DNA of 64,000 nt from Bacteroidia bacterium (GTDB lineage Bacteria; Bacteroidota; Bacteroidia; M30B66), in NCBI GenBank assembly GCA_965279035.1, contig OZ257142.1, positions 1,440,001 to 1,504,000 on the forward strand. The letters run 5' to 3'. Positions 48,514 through 58,347 of the stretch are shown piece after piece. The notes under the pieces were generated by a model, which was given only the letters and a program-made list of their open reading frames with translations, made no database searches and was not told the DNA's origin. Made by a program: the position numbers and the translations under genes. The first letter of the stretch is position 1, and each line of letters opens with the position of its first letter.

Positions 48514-50541
48514 TTAGTCATTTTGATAAACTGAGATATCGAGATTATCAATATGTATTGTGTTTTTGCCTCTATTCCAAATATACACAGATAGTTTACA
48601 GTTAGGGCCACACGTTGGAATCATAAAGAGAGAGAGAGATTTTTTCCAGGCATTGCGTTCTTTTTTTAAAGTCTCAATGGGTGTGTCTTTATAAAATACA
48701 TTTTTACCATCTTCATCAATGGCAACAACTAAACGACTTTCAGGGGCTAATTGTGGATTAAGTAAAGCAGCACTAACGATGAGCATTGTTTCCTTTCTAT
48801 TAAAGATAGATGTTATTGGTGATCTGTAAGTTATTCCAAATTCATTTTCTGATGAAGTTATTCCAGAATACTTGCCTTCAAACGATTGAGTTGAATCGGT
48901 TTCGGTATGTTCCCATGGGGACTCTACTTTAATTTCGAAGTCGTTACTTATTTTTAAGAGTGCTTTTTTTTCGTTGAGTTGATAGAAATCTGCCAATGTT
49001 CGTTCTTTTTCGAAATCGATATGCTTGAATATACTCACTGGACCTAAATCAGCAACTTTGTGCATGTAATTAATGATTTCGGGATAATTGGGGTAGATAT
49101 CACTTAAAAACCATTCATCCTGTAGGAGAATATAATCGTATTTCCATTGTAATGCATTTCGGAGATTTTCTTCGGAGGTTGTTACTACTGCAAAGCCTTT
49201 TCGCTGCATACGAATAAAAGGAATGTTGGGTGCTTGAGAATCTAAAACCAACAATATAGCTGAACGAGCTATTCCCATTGAATCGAGCTTCACATCCATG
49301 CCTTTGTAATCTCTTACCATGGACGCAATTTTATCCCAATGTCCAGTACCTCGTTTTTCTTCTTGAATGGTAGCCGTGAAATAGACCATAAGTACTAATA
49401 GTCCGGCACCTAAATACATTGAATAATTGATACTCTCAATGGAAGATTTGAGGTAACGAAACAATAAGATAAAAGCAAGAATTCCTGGTAAAAAGAATGT
49501 ATCGAGAAAATAATAATCGTGAACTCGAAACTGTTGCAACATAGCAAACAGGAAGAATAAACAACCCAAAAAACAAATGAGCGCAAATTGTAATAGGTTT
49601 TTAGACAGTGACTCAAAACCGCCACGTTTTTTCAAATACTGATAAATAGCAATAATGATCAGAAATGATAAGAGTACAATTTGAATGGGATTGAAATAAT
49701 GATAAATCCAAGTATCTATAACGTTCGATACAATATCAATAGCTTCTCCGAAACTAGCCGCTGGTTTTAATTTGTTGAGAAAAAGCGAACCATACTGAAC
49801 ACGCAGCTGATTATTATAAATAAAGTAAAAAGCGATAAAACTAAATCCAAGAATTAATGAAACCCAATGCTTCCAGCGAAATTTTCGTTCTTGAATCATC
49901 CGCAAAAACTCCATAGAAGCAATGGCAATAAGCGGTATGACAAAAGTTGTTCGAGTAGCAGCTGCTATAGTGAATAAAGTTATTGCTAAAATAAATGTTC
50001 CAGTTTTGCTCGTTTTTCGATGCTTGAAATAATAATAAACTCCAATAATGCTAATAGAAAGTGAAGGTATTCCTGGTAGAAATCCAGCTTGGTAATAGGT
50101 AAATAATGGAGCCGTTGCAGCTATGCCAGTTAAAAACAAAGAACTCATCCAGTCATTTTCGACTAAACGCGATAGCCTATAGAAATAAAATAAACCAAGG
50201 AAACTCAACAACAATTCATAACATCGGAATACCCAAGGATCTCGTGTCTGAAAGAGTTTCATTCCTGCAGCAATGATGTATTCATGAATCGGGAAATCAA
50301 CGGCAGTAATACTAGTAGTTCCTGGAACTAAAAAATCACCAGGAAACTGTTTGTTCATCACATACGTCTGGGGATGAAAGAAATCAAAACCATTATCTAA
50401 AAATCCTAAGGCAATAGCAAAGCGGTCCGATTGTGCCCAAGCATGCGTCCATAGCGGAAACTCGTTGAGGTTTTTAGCATGAAAAAACAAGCCAAGACTT
50501 AGGATCAACGCAAATGCCCATATCTTTTCTTTCTGTTTCAT
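48514..50541 (-). CDS. GT-C fold (ArnT/PMT-like) membrane glycosyltransferase with soluble C-terminal domain
   Basis: 'HAWAQSDR..IA','DFPI..Y', about 11 TM segments, 'HDYY'. Confidence 0.72.
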   Translation of the reverse strand: MKQKEKIWAFALILSLGLFFHAKNLNEFPLWTHAWAQSDRFAIALGFLDNGFDFFHPQTYVMNKQFPGDFLVPGTTSITAVDFPIHEYIIAAGMKLFQTRDPWVFRCYELLLSFLGLFYFYRLSRLVENDWMSSLFLTGIAATAPLFTYYQAGFLPGIPSLSISIIGVYYYFKHRKTSKTGTFILAITLFTIAAATRTTFVIPLIAIASMEFLRMIQERKFRWKHWVSLILGFSFIAFYFIYNNQLRVQYGSLFLNKLKPAASFGEAIDIVSNVIDTWIYHYFNPIQIVLLSFLIIIAIYQYLKKRGGFESLSKNLLQFALICFLGCLFFLFAMLQQFRVHDYYFLDTFFLPGILAFILLFRYLKSSIESINYSMYLGAGLLVLMVYFTATIQEEKRGTGHWDKIASMVRDYKGMDVKLDSMGIARSAILLVLDSQAPNIPFIRMQRKGFAVVTTSEENLRNALQWKYDYILLQDEWFLSDIYPNYPEIINYMHKVADLGPVSIFKHIDFEKERTLADFYQLNEKKALLKISNDFEIKVESPWEHTETDSTQSFEGKYSGITSSENEFGITYRSPITSIFNRKETMLIVSAALLNPQLAPESRLVVAIDEDGKNVFYKDTPIETLKKERNAWKKSLSLFMIPTCGPNCKLSVYIWNRGKNTIHIDNLDISVYQND

Positions 50542-50580
50542 GTTAATTATTCCTACAGTTTAAATTGTATAATTAGCAAT

Positions 50581-51006
50581 TTAAGGATGATGTACAACAT
50601 TTCCTTTTTCATCCATTTCTAAAAATGGATTATAAGCTAATTCCCAAAGATTCCCTTCTGGATCAGAAATATATCCACTATATCCACCCCAAAAAACATG
50701 TTCAGGCGATTTTAAAGGTTGAGCACCTTTACTAGTGATTTCATTGAAGTGTTGATCAACTTCAGCTTCTGAATTAAAATTAATTGAAAAGCTAAATGAT
50801 TTAAAACCATTACCAAGTTCAGAAACACTAGCATCTTTGGCAAGTTCATGAGCTGGAAAAAGGCCAAGAATAAAGCCGTTTAACTTAAAAAATACAATTC
50901 CATCGCTGTCTTTGAGTAAAGTCCAGCCAAACACATGGGTGTAAAATGACTTCATATTCTGAAGATTTTTCACACCTAGGGTAATAAAACTAATACGTTG
51001 ATTCAT
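50581..51006 (-). CDS. VOC/glyoxalase family protein
   Basis: 'ISFITLGV','FWGGYSGY.SDPEGNLWELAYNP'. Confidence 0.9.
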   Translation of the reverse strand: MNQRISFITLGVKNLQNMKSFYTHVFGWTLLKDSDGIVFFKLNGFILGLFPAHELAKDASVSELGNGFKSFSFSINFNSEAEVDQHFNEITSKGAQPLKSPEHVFWGGYSGYISDPEGNLWELAYNPFLEMDEKGNVVHHP

Positions 51007-51096
51007 TTCGAGCTGAATGGGATTTTGCAAATCTATTTATTCAACAACAGCTTTCGAAGCCTCAAAAGGGAATCAACTTACATGGAATTGATTTTC

Positions 51097-51498
51097 TTAG
51101 GAATATATCCGCAGTGTTGTGCCTGTTAATTCGGTCTTGTATTGTGTTAATGCGGCATTAGCTGGGCCATTTTGTACAGCACCAGTGCTACTAAAATTAG
51201 CACCATGATTATTACAATGAAAGCGATTAGTGGCTGCTTGATAGGTTACATTCGTTCCTTCATGCGTGCATGCTGCTGCAACGGCGATGTATGTTCCCGA
51301 ATTGGTGCGGGCTACAATAATACCTTTTGTAACAACATATCCACCATTTGTATTTAAAGCCGAATTGGCACTGCTATTTAAATCAAGTGTAAAATCGGTA
51401 GCATTTGTTTCTGTTTTTTTGCAAGCACCTAAGCAAGTTGCTACTACCAAACCACCAGCAGAAATGCCAAGGATAGATAAAAATTCTTTTCTGTTCAT
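51097..51498 (-). CDS. Rieske [2Fe-2S] lipoprotein (Tat-like signal)
   Basis: 'MNRKEFL' plus lipobox LGAC; CTHEG...CNNHG Rieske ligands. Confidence 0.88.
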   Translation of the reverse strand: MNRKEFLSILGISAGGLVVATCLGACKKTETNATDFTLDLNSSANSALNTNGGYVVTKGIIVARTNSGTYIAVAAACTHEGTNVTYQAATNRFHCNNHGANFSSTGAVQNGPANAALTQYKTELTGTTLRIYS

Positions 51499-51585
51499 GG
51501 ATAAATGAGATACAAGAAGAAAGCAAATTGACTTCTTTGCTAAACTCAAGACGTTTATTAATAGTATTTCGTTGCGTAAAGAAAA

Positions 51586-52467
51586 TTATTCTTGCCAAAT
51601 AATTATGGGACGAAATCCAACTGTAGAACTAGGTTGTTGGAACGAAACAAAACTTTCATTTCGCACATCATACCCAACTGAATTCCAACTACCGCCCATT
51701 GCTTTATCTGCATCACTCACAAGTTCAGCCACATTTCCGTTCATATTATACAAACCCAAAGTGGTTTCAAAATACGATTTAACAGGAGCTGTAATGCTTG
51801 CGTTATCACTTAAATAGGAGAGAATATCATAACTTTTAGATAGCTCTATTTCAAACTGTTTTTTGTCATCATTCCAATGAATACTCTCTGCACCTATATT
51901 TCGGTAATTACATAATTGCTGTCTACGAATGTTTTGTAGGCTATTTCCACCCCAAGAATAATCTGTTCCTTTTGATCCTGAACGAGCAGCATACAACCAT
52001 TGTTCACTCGTAGGAATCATAACTTTAACCTTACTCTTTCCAGCTAATTGAGTATTGATTTTTTCTGTAAGCCATTGGCAATACAATTCGGCACCAGCTT
52101 TCGAAACACCAACAACTGGATAGTTTTTATATGCAGGATGCCAATTGTAATAATTCATGTATGGCTCGTAATAACTGACATTCCAGACTGTTGAATCATA
52201 AATAGCAATGGCGTATTTATCTAATTCACCTTTCAATTTCAAGTCGGCTAGGAATGCACGATACTGACCATTGCTAATCTCTGTTTTCGACATCATAAAT
52301 GCCGACATCTGTTTTCCTAAACCCGATTGAGTTTCAACACTAGAAGGGATGAACACAAATTCTTTTTGAATCGATTTAGGTAGCGATTTTACAACTGCTT
52401 TTGGTTTAAAGGCACTTAGTCCGATACAGATTAAGCTGATTGCGATTATTGGAGTAGCTGTTTTCAT
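51586..52467 (-). CDS. FGE-sulfatase (SUMF1/GldK-like) domain protein
   Basis: 'TEISNGQY','YPVVGVS','IPTSEQW.YAA','GLYNMNGNVAE','VGFR'. Confidence 0.85.
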   Translation of the reverse strand: MKTATPIIAISLICIGLSAFKPKAVVKSLPKSIQKEFVFIPSSVETQSGLGKQMSAFMMSKTEISNGQYRAFLADLKLKGELDKYAIAIYDSTVWNVSYYEPYMNYYNWHPAYKNYPVVGVSKAGAELYCQWLTEKINTQLAGKSKVKVMIPTSEQWLYAARSGSKGTDYSWGGNSLQNIRRQQLCNYRNIGAESIHWNDDKKQFEIELSKSYDILSYLSDNASITAPVKSYFETTLGLYNMNGNVAELVSDADKAMGGSWNSVGYDVRNESFVSFQQPSSTVGFRPIIIWQE

Positions 52468-52507
52468 AAAAATCTTAACGGTGAGCAAATCAAGAAATTG
52501 CGTGATT

Positions 52508-53035
52508 CTATTTTGATTTTTTGAAAGCTGCTTGGTAGATTTTTCGGATGCTATTTTTCTCTTCCCGTTCGCAAATAGTTTCTAAAGCAGCTTTTAAATC
52601 TTTGTGTTTGGAGAGGTTTAATTTTAAAATTTCACCTAATGCTGTTGCCGCACTCCAGCGAACAACGGTACCTGCATGTTCGGTATTGACAAGCAAGCCT
52701 TTAATCGAATCCGATAAAGTAGCAGGAAATAAATGAGCTATATGAGCAATAACTTTCGCGCTTTCCCATTTCACGCGTGGAGCTTTGGCGCCTAGTTCTT
52801 TCGTTACAAATTCCAATAATGTTGCATTCGCAATTCCTGGAACTTTATTCGTAGCAAATTCAAACGCTTCGATACAACTTGCTTTTATTGGATCTTTTGA
52901 TTTAGTTGCATATTCAATTAATGCATCAACTTCTAAGTGAGCTTCGATCAAAGCGCGACTAATAGTTTCGGTTTTTTCTTTGGTACTCAAAAAAGGATCA
53001 CCTAACAGTGCTTCAATTTGAAATTGTTTTGCCAT
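52508..53035 (-). CDS. HEAT-repeat-like protein
   Basis: 'PRVKWESAKVI','TVVRWSAATALGEI'. Confidence 0.7.
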   Translation of the reverse strand: MAKQFQIEALLGDPFLSTKEKTETISRALIEAHLEVDALIEYATKSKDPIKASCIEAFEFATNKVPGIANATLLEFVTKELGAKAPRVKWESAKVIAHIAHLFPATLSDSIKGLLVNTEHAGTVVRWSAATALGEILKLNLSKHKDLKAALETICEREEKNSIRKIYQAAFKKSK

Positions 53036-53298
53036 CAGTTTTGTAAATAAGTAATTGTAGGTGCAGGCAAATCGGGAAAAGCATTCATTGCTTGTTGGAG
53101 CATCTCGTTTATATATGCACGTGCTTTATCTAAATCTTCAGCAGAGAATAAAAACAGAACTTCCTCTGAGTCATCTGCATTGCGCCACAGATGTTCTAAG
53201 TTCATTCCACGTTCGGCATGTTCGGCAGCATCTGCAAGTAAAACCAATTCCAAATCTTCCAATTGAATCCCGCGCAAACGGGCAAACACATGTGACAT
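53035..53298 (-). CDS. Small hypothetical dimeric alpha-beta-barrel-like protein
   Basis: 'LWRNADDSEEVLFLF...DLDKARAY'; 1-bp overlap with the next gene. Confidence 0.65.
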   Translation of the reverse strand: MSHVFARLRGIQLEDLELVLLADAAEHAERGMNLEHLWRNADDSEEVLFLFSAEDLDKARAYINEMLQQAMNAFPDLPAPTITYLQN

Positions 53299-53356
53299 AG
53301 CGTAAAGGTTAAAGTCCGAAAGATAAAAATTTGCATGTGTTTTCTACGATTCTTTT

Positions 53357-53498
53357 GGGGCTGCCCTTCGCCCAATCCAATTCTTTCCTTGGGCTCAGGT
53401 CGGGCTTTCGGCTATTTCCGATAGTTATCGGAATCTCACTGCCCTCCTTCGCTATTGCTTCGGTGGGCGATGCGGGGTGCCGCCTCAATCCCTCAGCC
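53357..53498 (+). ncRNA. Flavo-1-like structured element, copy A
   Basis: GGGGCTGCCC-[stem]-GGTCGGGCTTTCGG-...-CAATCCCTCAGCC resembles my recollection of the Flavo-1 motif; GC-rich nested hairpins in an AT-rich intergenic region. Confidence 0.55.
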
Positions 53499-53770
53499 AG
53501 TTATATTTTGCTAAATATTTAAATTGAAATTAAAAAAGGTGTAAGGGAGTATGCTTCGTAAGTTGTTGTTATTCAACAATATAAATAGTAATTTCTCTCG
53601 CGCACGCGGGGCCGACCACTAACCACCCACCAACTCAAAGTTACGAATTGCGTTTGAGGTAAGTCGTATAGTAAACGTTTAAGAACGGCTAGTTTTTGAC
53701 AATGCTGTTGATTTCTTTTTTCAATTCTCGAATGCCTATTATTCTTGAAAATGACAGCTTATAGCAATAC

Positions 53771-53902
53771 GCGTGAGCGGTAGAGCCGGAACTAGCCGTT
53801 TTAGGTGCCTTCGCCAAGGCTATGGCACCTAAAAGGACTATAAGGCGATGACGCGACCTTTGTATGCCTTAGCCATAGCGAAGGCTTTCAAAGGGCACGC
53901 AC
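53771..53902 (-). ncRNA. Flavo-1-like structured element, copy B (divergent)
   Basis: Minus strand GTGCGTGCCC-[stem]-GGTCGCGT-...-CTACCGCTCACGC; same scaffold as copy A with compensatory changes. Confidence 0.5.
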
Positions 53903-53960
53903 TAACACCTAGATGCAACCTTACTATCTGGATTCGTGATTTTCGTCTTAGTTTCGCTGT

Positions 53961-55187
53961 ATGAAAAAACTGCTCATCATTGGTACCGTTTGGCCTGAGC
54001 CTACTTCATCGGCAGCTGGGACGCGTATGATGCAGATCATTGATTTGTTTCTGCAGGCTCATTGGGAGATTTGTTTTGCATGTCCGGCTGCTGAGAGTGA
54101 ATTCTCTGTATCAATGAGTGATCGAAACATTCGGAAAGAAATAATCGAATTGAACGAGGATAGTTTTGATGAATTTGTTACTGAATTCAATCCTGATGCA
54201 GTGCTTTTTGACCGTTTTATGATGGAAGAGCAATTTGGTTGGAGAGTGGCGCAAAATTGTCCAGATGCCTTGCGGATATTGGATACCGAGGATTTGCATT
54301 TTCTTCGAATTGCTCGTCAGGAAGCAGTGAAGGATGGGCGCACAATCGAGTTATCAGATTTGAAAAATGAAACTGCTAAACGTGAAATCGCTTCGATGTA
54401 TCGTTGCGATTTGAGTTTGATTATTTCTTCCTACGAGTACGAATTATTGCAATCAATAATTCAGCTTGATGCTTCGCTTTTATACTATTTACCTATGCAA
54501 GCAGGGAAGATGCCAGTTGGAAATAAATCATTTGAAGAACGTTCGGGTTTTGTTACGATTGGGAATTATCGTCACCCACCCAATTCCGATTCGGTGAAAT
54601 ATTTAAAAACGGAAATCTGGCCACTAATTCGTCAAGCTTTGCCAAATGTGGAAATGCATGTATATGGTTCGTATCCATCGCCAGCTATGTTGCAATTGAA
54701 TCATCCTGCATCTGGTTTTTATTTACATGGACGAGCAAATTCGGTGGAAGAAGTGATGCAAGATGCTCGAGTTTGTTTGGCTCCTTTACGTTTTGGAGCA
54801 GGAATAAAGGGTAAATTGATTGATGCGATGCGTTGTCAAACCCCATCCGTAACTACGCAAATAGGAGCAGAGGGGATGCATGATGGACTGGAGTGGAATG
54901 GGTTTATAGAGGACGATCCTAAAGTATTTGCTGAAGCAGCTATAACGCTATACTCAAATGAGAATATGTGGAATGATGCGAGTAAACAAGGAAAGTTTTT
55001 AATTGAAAAATGCTATCAATCCAATGAAAAAGTTCTTGGATTTTTATCTCGAATAAATGAATTAATTGAAACTCGAAATGAGCACCGTAATCAGAATTTT
55101 ATTGGTGCTATGCTGATGCATCATACGCTTCAAAGCACGAAGTATTTATCGAAATGGATACAGGGAAAAAATAAAAATAAGTATTAA
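53961..55187 (+). CDS. GT4 family glycosyltransferase
   Basis: 'WPEPTSSAAG.RM','LDTEDLHFLR','IGNYRHPPN','APLRFGAGIKGK'. Confidence 0.88.
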   Translation: MKKLLIIGTVWPEPTSSAAGTRMMQIIDLFLQAHWEICFACPAAESEFSVSMSDRNIRKEIIELNEDSFDEFVTEFNPDAVLFDRFMMEEQFGWRVAQNCPDALRILDTEDLHFLRIARQEAVKDGRTIELSDLKNETAKREIASMYRCDLSLIISSYEYELLQSIIQLDASLLYYLPMQAGKMPVGNKSFEERSGFVTIGNYRHPPNSDSVKYLKTEIWPLIRQALPNVEMHVYGSYPSPAMLQLNHPASGFYLHGRANSVEEVMQDARVCLAPLRFGAGIKGKLIDAMRCQTPSVTTQIGAEGMHDGLEWNGFIEDDPKVFAEAAITLYSNENMWNDASKQGKFLIEKCYQSNEKVLGFLSRINELIETRNEHRNQNFIGAMLMHHTLQSTKYLSKWIQGKNKNKY

Positions 55188-55783
55188 AATTTAGCAATAT
55201 CAATAACGACATCGACTAAATCTTTTTTCTTAGAAACACCAAAGTAATTTTTTAGAAATACAATGTATTTTTCTACCGTTCTTTCTGATTTAGCCAAATC
55301 TTTAGCTATTTCGGCTGCTGTTTTATTTTGTGCAATAAGTACTAAACAACGACTTAATTTGGTATTTAATTGAACGTATTTTCGTTTATTAGTTTCTATT
55401 TCTAATTTACTAGTGTCATTTAGTTTACCCTCTGTTTGTAGCAGATTCATGAAATAAATATTTAATTTTTCTTCAATTTCAGAATCATTAAAAATAAAAT
55501 CAAAATACGGGCTAACTGATTTTAGAGTTTTAAATTCTCGTTTAATAACAAGCCCAATTGTTACAGGATGATTGTCCTTGGATTTAATCTTTTTAATTTT
55601 TAAATCGAAGGAGTCTCTGTCCGTCAATTTCAATATAAAATGAGTAAAGTTTGGCAGTGGATTCTCGATAAAAAGATCGGGATGTTCGTAATGAACAAAA
55701 TTTAATTGGGGGTATTTTTTGGATAAACTGTCTGAAATAATTCGGTAAAAAGAATGGCATTCAGATACAAAAGCGACTTGCAT
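55184..55783 (-). CDS. LuxR-type HTH regulator with degenerate receiver-like N-terminus
   Basis: 'KTAAEIAKDLAKSERTVEKYI..LK..FGV'; -7 box TAACTTTG at 55803-55810 (minus strand). Confidence 0.78.
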   Translation of the reverse strand: MQVAFVSECHSFYRIISDSLSKKYPQLNFVHYEHPDLFIENPLPNFTHFILKLTDRDSFDLKIKKIKSKDNHPVTIGLVIKREFKTLKSVSPYFDFIFNDSEIEEKLNIYFMNLLQTEGKLNDTSKLEIETNKRKYVQLNTKLSRCLVLIAQNKTAAEIAKDLAKSERTVEKYIVFLKNYFGVSKKKDLVDVVIDIAKF

Positions 55784-55949
55784 GGAAGATTGGGTAGATT
55801 TTCAAAGTTAACTATTTTTTTAACTCAAAGAACTACCCAAAAAACTACCCAATAGTTGCTGTAGTTGAATTTACTCCTTCAAATTAATATAAATTTATTT
55901 AATCAACATTCTGCAACATTTATTTCATGATTTTAAAACCTAAAATACA

Positions 55950-58295
55950 ATGAAAATAAATCTACTACTTACGCTTCTCCTTATAACCAACAGCCTCTTT
56001 TCTCAAATTCCATCATGGGATTGGGCTTGGAGTATCGGTGGAAACAATGTCGACCAAATCGATTTCCTTCAACTAGATGAACAAGGCAACTCCTACGTGT
56101 GTGGTCAATTCAGAAGTTCTTCTATTTCAATTGGCGGTTTAAATTATGCAGCAAATTACTCACAACCCAAAAGTTTTTTTGCCAAGGTTTCAGTAAGTGG
56201 ACAATTGCTGTGGTATAAAGTGTATCCAGCTAATAATCAATCCAATGTTAATTTTATTCTTGACCTAATTGAAGGATACAACAATACCTACTATGTTTTG
56301 ATGCAATATGGCGGTACAATAAATCTTGATGGAAATATCTTTACTAATAATTTTCTACAGGGCAGAACATTGGTAGTAAAATATAATGCTGCTGGAAATG
56401 TTATTGATGCTTATCATTTATTTGATACTAGTGTTAATAATAATGTTTTAACAACAGCTTTTGTTCAAATTGTTAAACATCCTAGAGGAGGGTTTGCGTT
56501 TTTAGGACTAAGTACCCAAGCAACCGTATTAAATGGAATTTCAGTGCCTGCTAATAGCAATTACATTGGCTATATGGATACGTTAGGCTCAGTTCAAGAA
56601 ATTCATCTTTTAGGAGGAATGGGAGAAATGGATTCAACCTATTTTGATTTTCCTAATCAAGTAGTTTATAGGGATCTTAAAGTTTCCCCTAAGGGCAATA
56701 TTTATTTATCAGGAACAGCTAATATAAACTCATACTTAACAGTAGATACAACTACCTGGCAATTACCTGAAATTTCCTGTACATCACCCAATAGTTGCAT
56801 GGTTAGGACTTTTATTTCTTGTTTTGATTCAACATTTTCATTCAAATGGTCACATGTTGGGGTTTTGGAAGAATTTATTTCAGGAACTAGTTATGGAGCC
56901 AATTATAATGGAATACATGTTTTTCCTGATGAATCTGTAATTTTAAGTCAAACCGCAGCAGGCGAATCGAAAGTTCTTTTTGATAATGTTTCTTGTGAGC
57001 CAAGAGCTTTACTAGAAAGTTATAATGATGGTATTGTGGCTAGAATTGCTGGAGATGGAACCGTTTTATGGGTCAAGCGGTTTGATTCTTCTGATAATGC
57101 AGACAATTTTATTAATGCAATAACAGGAGATGGACTTGGAAATTCTTATTTGTTAATGTACAGTGGACAATATCAGAATACTGATGGAAGTGTTTATACT
57201 AATGCTATTGTTTCAAAAGTTGATATAAATGGAAATGTAATATGGTATAAGGGGACAGATAATGGTGCTAATGGAGGAATATACTTTTTACCAACAGGAT
57301 TTAAAGATGATGGAAAAGGAAATATTTATTTGGCAGGAGGATTCTCTTGCTATTTGGCGCCATTACCAATCTTTAATGGGAATGTTTTGCCTTGGTATAC
57401 ACCCGTTTATCAATATCCTTATGCATTCGACGCCTTTATTGCAAAACTAAATAATTGCAGCTCTTTGCCCGTAGATATTGTCTCAAACGAAAACCAAACA
57501 TTTTGCAACGAAGACAGTGCTTTCATTGAAGTTTCTGGTGGTCCAAATTTTCTTTGGTCCGATGGTGATACTTCACAAACCCGCTTTATCAACGAATCAG
57601 GAATGTATACTGTTTTGTCCTATAATAACGCAGGATGTTATGGCAATCGTGATACATTGAACTTAACTCGATTGAATAAGATTGCCAAGGAACAAAACGT
57701 TCAAATTTGTGAGGGTGAATCGTTTAACATTGGTACTCAAGTTTTCAATCAATCGGGTGAATATCAAAGTATTTTAACAGCACAAAACGGCTGCGATAGT
57801 TTGGTTACAACCCATTTAACTGTAGATTCGTTAGATGCACAAATTTCACTTAGTCAGAATGTATATTCAGCTATAAATATTCCGATTGATGCTACGCTTC
57901 AATGGCTGGATTGCGATTCGAATTTTGCCAATTTAATTGCTGAGGTAAATCCTTCTTATACAGCTACTGAAAATGGACTATATGCTCTTGAAATAAATGA
58001 TGGGAATTGTCGTGATACTTCCGAATGTTTATTATTTAATAGTTTAGGAATGATAAATACTTCCAACAATTCCATCCAACTATTTCCCAATCCGGTCGAT
58101 CAAACACTTTTCATTCAAAATCTATCAGCACATCAAACATTGAGATTATTTGATGCCACAGGACGCATTGTTTTCGAAACTCAATCATGTTCAGTTAACA
58201 GTGATTTAAATGTATCGGGAATTCAATCTGGACTCTATATCCTTCGTATTGGTAGCTTTTCTAAATCAATCCTAATTCATCACTCCAATCCATAA
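55950..58295 (+). CDS. T9SS-secreted beta-propeller (SBBP-like) protein
   Basis: 'WAWSIGG','DEQGNSYVCGQF','DGKGNIYLAGGF','DAFIAKL','GCDS' module; CTD 'LFPNPV..LFDATGR..SGLYIL'. Confidence 0.82.
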   Translation: MKINLLLTLLLITNSLFSQIPSWDWAWSIGGNNVDQIDFLQLDEQGNSYVCGQFRSSSISIGGLNYAANYSQPKSFFAKVSVSGQLLWYKVYPANNQSNVNFILDLIEGYNNTYYVLMQYGGTINLDGNIFTNNFLQGRTLVVKYNAAGNVIDAYHLFDTSVNNNVLTTAFVQIVKHPRGGFAFLGLSTQATVLNGISVPANSNYIGYMDTLGSVQEIHLLGGMGEMDSTYFDFPNQVVYRDLKVSPKGNIYLSGTANINSYLTVDTTTWQLPEISCTSPNSCMVRTFISCFDSTFSFKWSHVGVLEEFISGTSYGANYNGIHVFPDESVILSQTAAGESKVLFDNVSCEPRALLESYNDGIVARIAGDGTVLWVKRFDSSDNADNFINAITGDGLGNSYLLMYSGQYQNTDGSVYTNAIVSKVDINGNVIWYKGTDNGANGGIYFLPTGFKDDGKGNIYLAGGFSCYLAPLPIFNGNVLPWYTPVYQYPYAFDAFIAKLNNCSSLPVDIVSNENQTFCNEDSAFIEVSGGPNFLWSDGDTSQTRFINESGMYTVLSYNNAGCYGNRDTLNLTRLNKIAKEQNVQICEGESFNIGTQVFNQSGEYQSILTAQNGCDSLVTTHLTVDSLDAQISLSQNVYSAINIPIDATLQWLDCDSNFANLIAEVNPSYTATENGLYALEINDGNCRDTSECLLFNSLGMINTSNNSIQLFPNPVDQTLFIQNLSAHQTLRLFDATGRIVFETQSCSVNSDLNVSGIQSGLYILRIGSFSKSILIHHSNP

Positions 58296-58296
58296 A

Positions 58297-58330
58297 AAAA
58301 GCCCGTTCAACATTTAGCTGAACGGGCTTT
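58297..58330. terminator. Bidirectional terminator
   Basis: AAAAGCCCGTTCA-loop-TGAACGGGCTTT between convergent genes. Confidence 0.8.
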
Positions 58331-58347
58331 CTTATTTCAGTATTATC

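Noticed and set aside
51586-52467. Gliding motility gldK/gldJ
   Set aside because: Short, lacks a clear lipobox at the expected position and is not in a gldKLMN context; kept as a generic FGE-domain protein.
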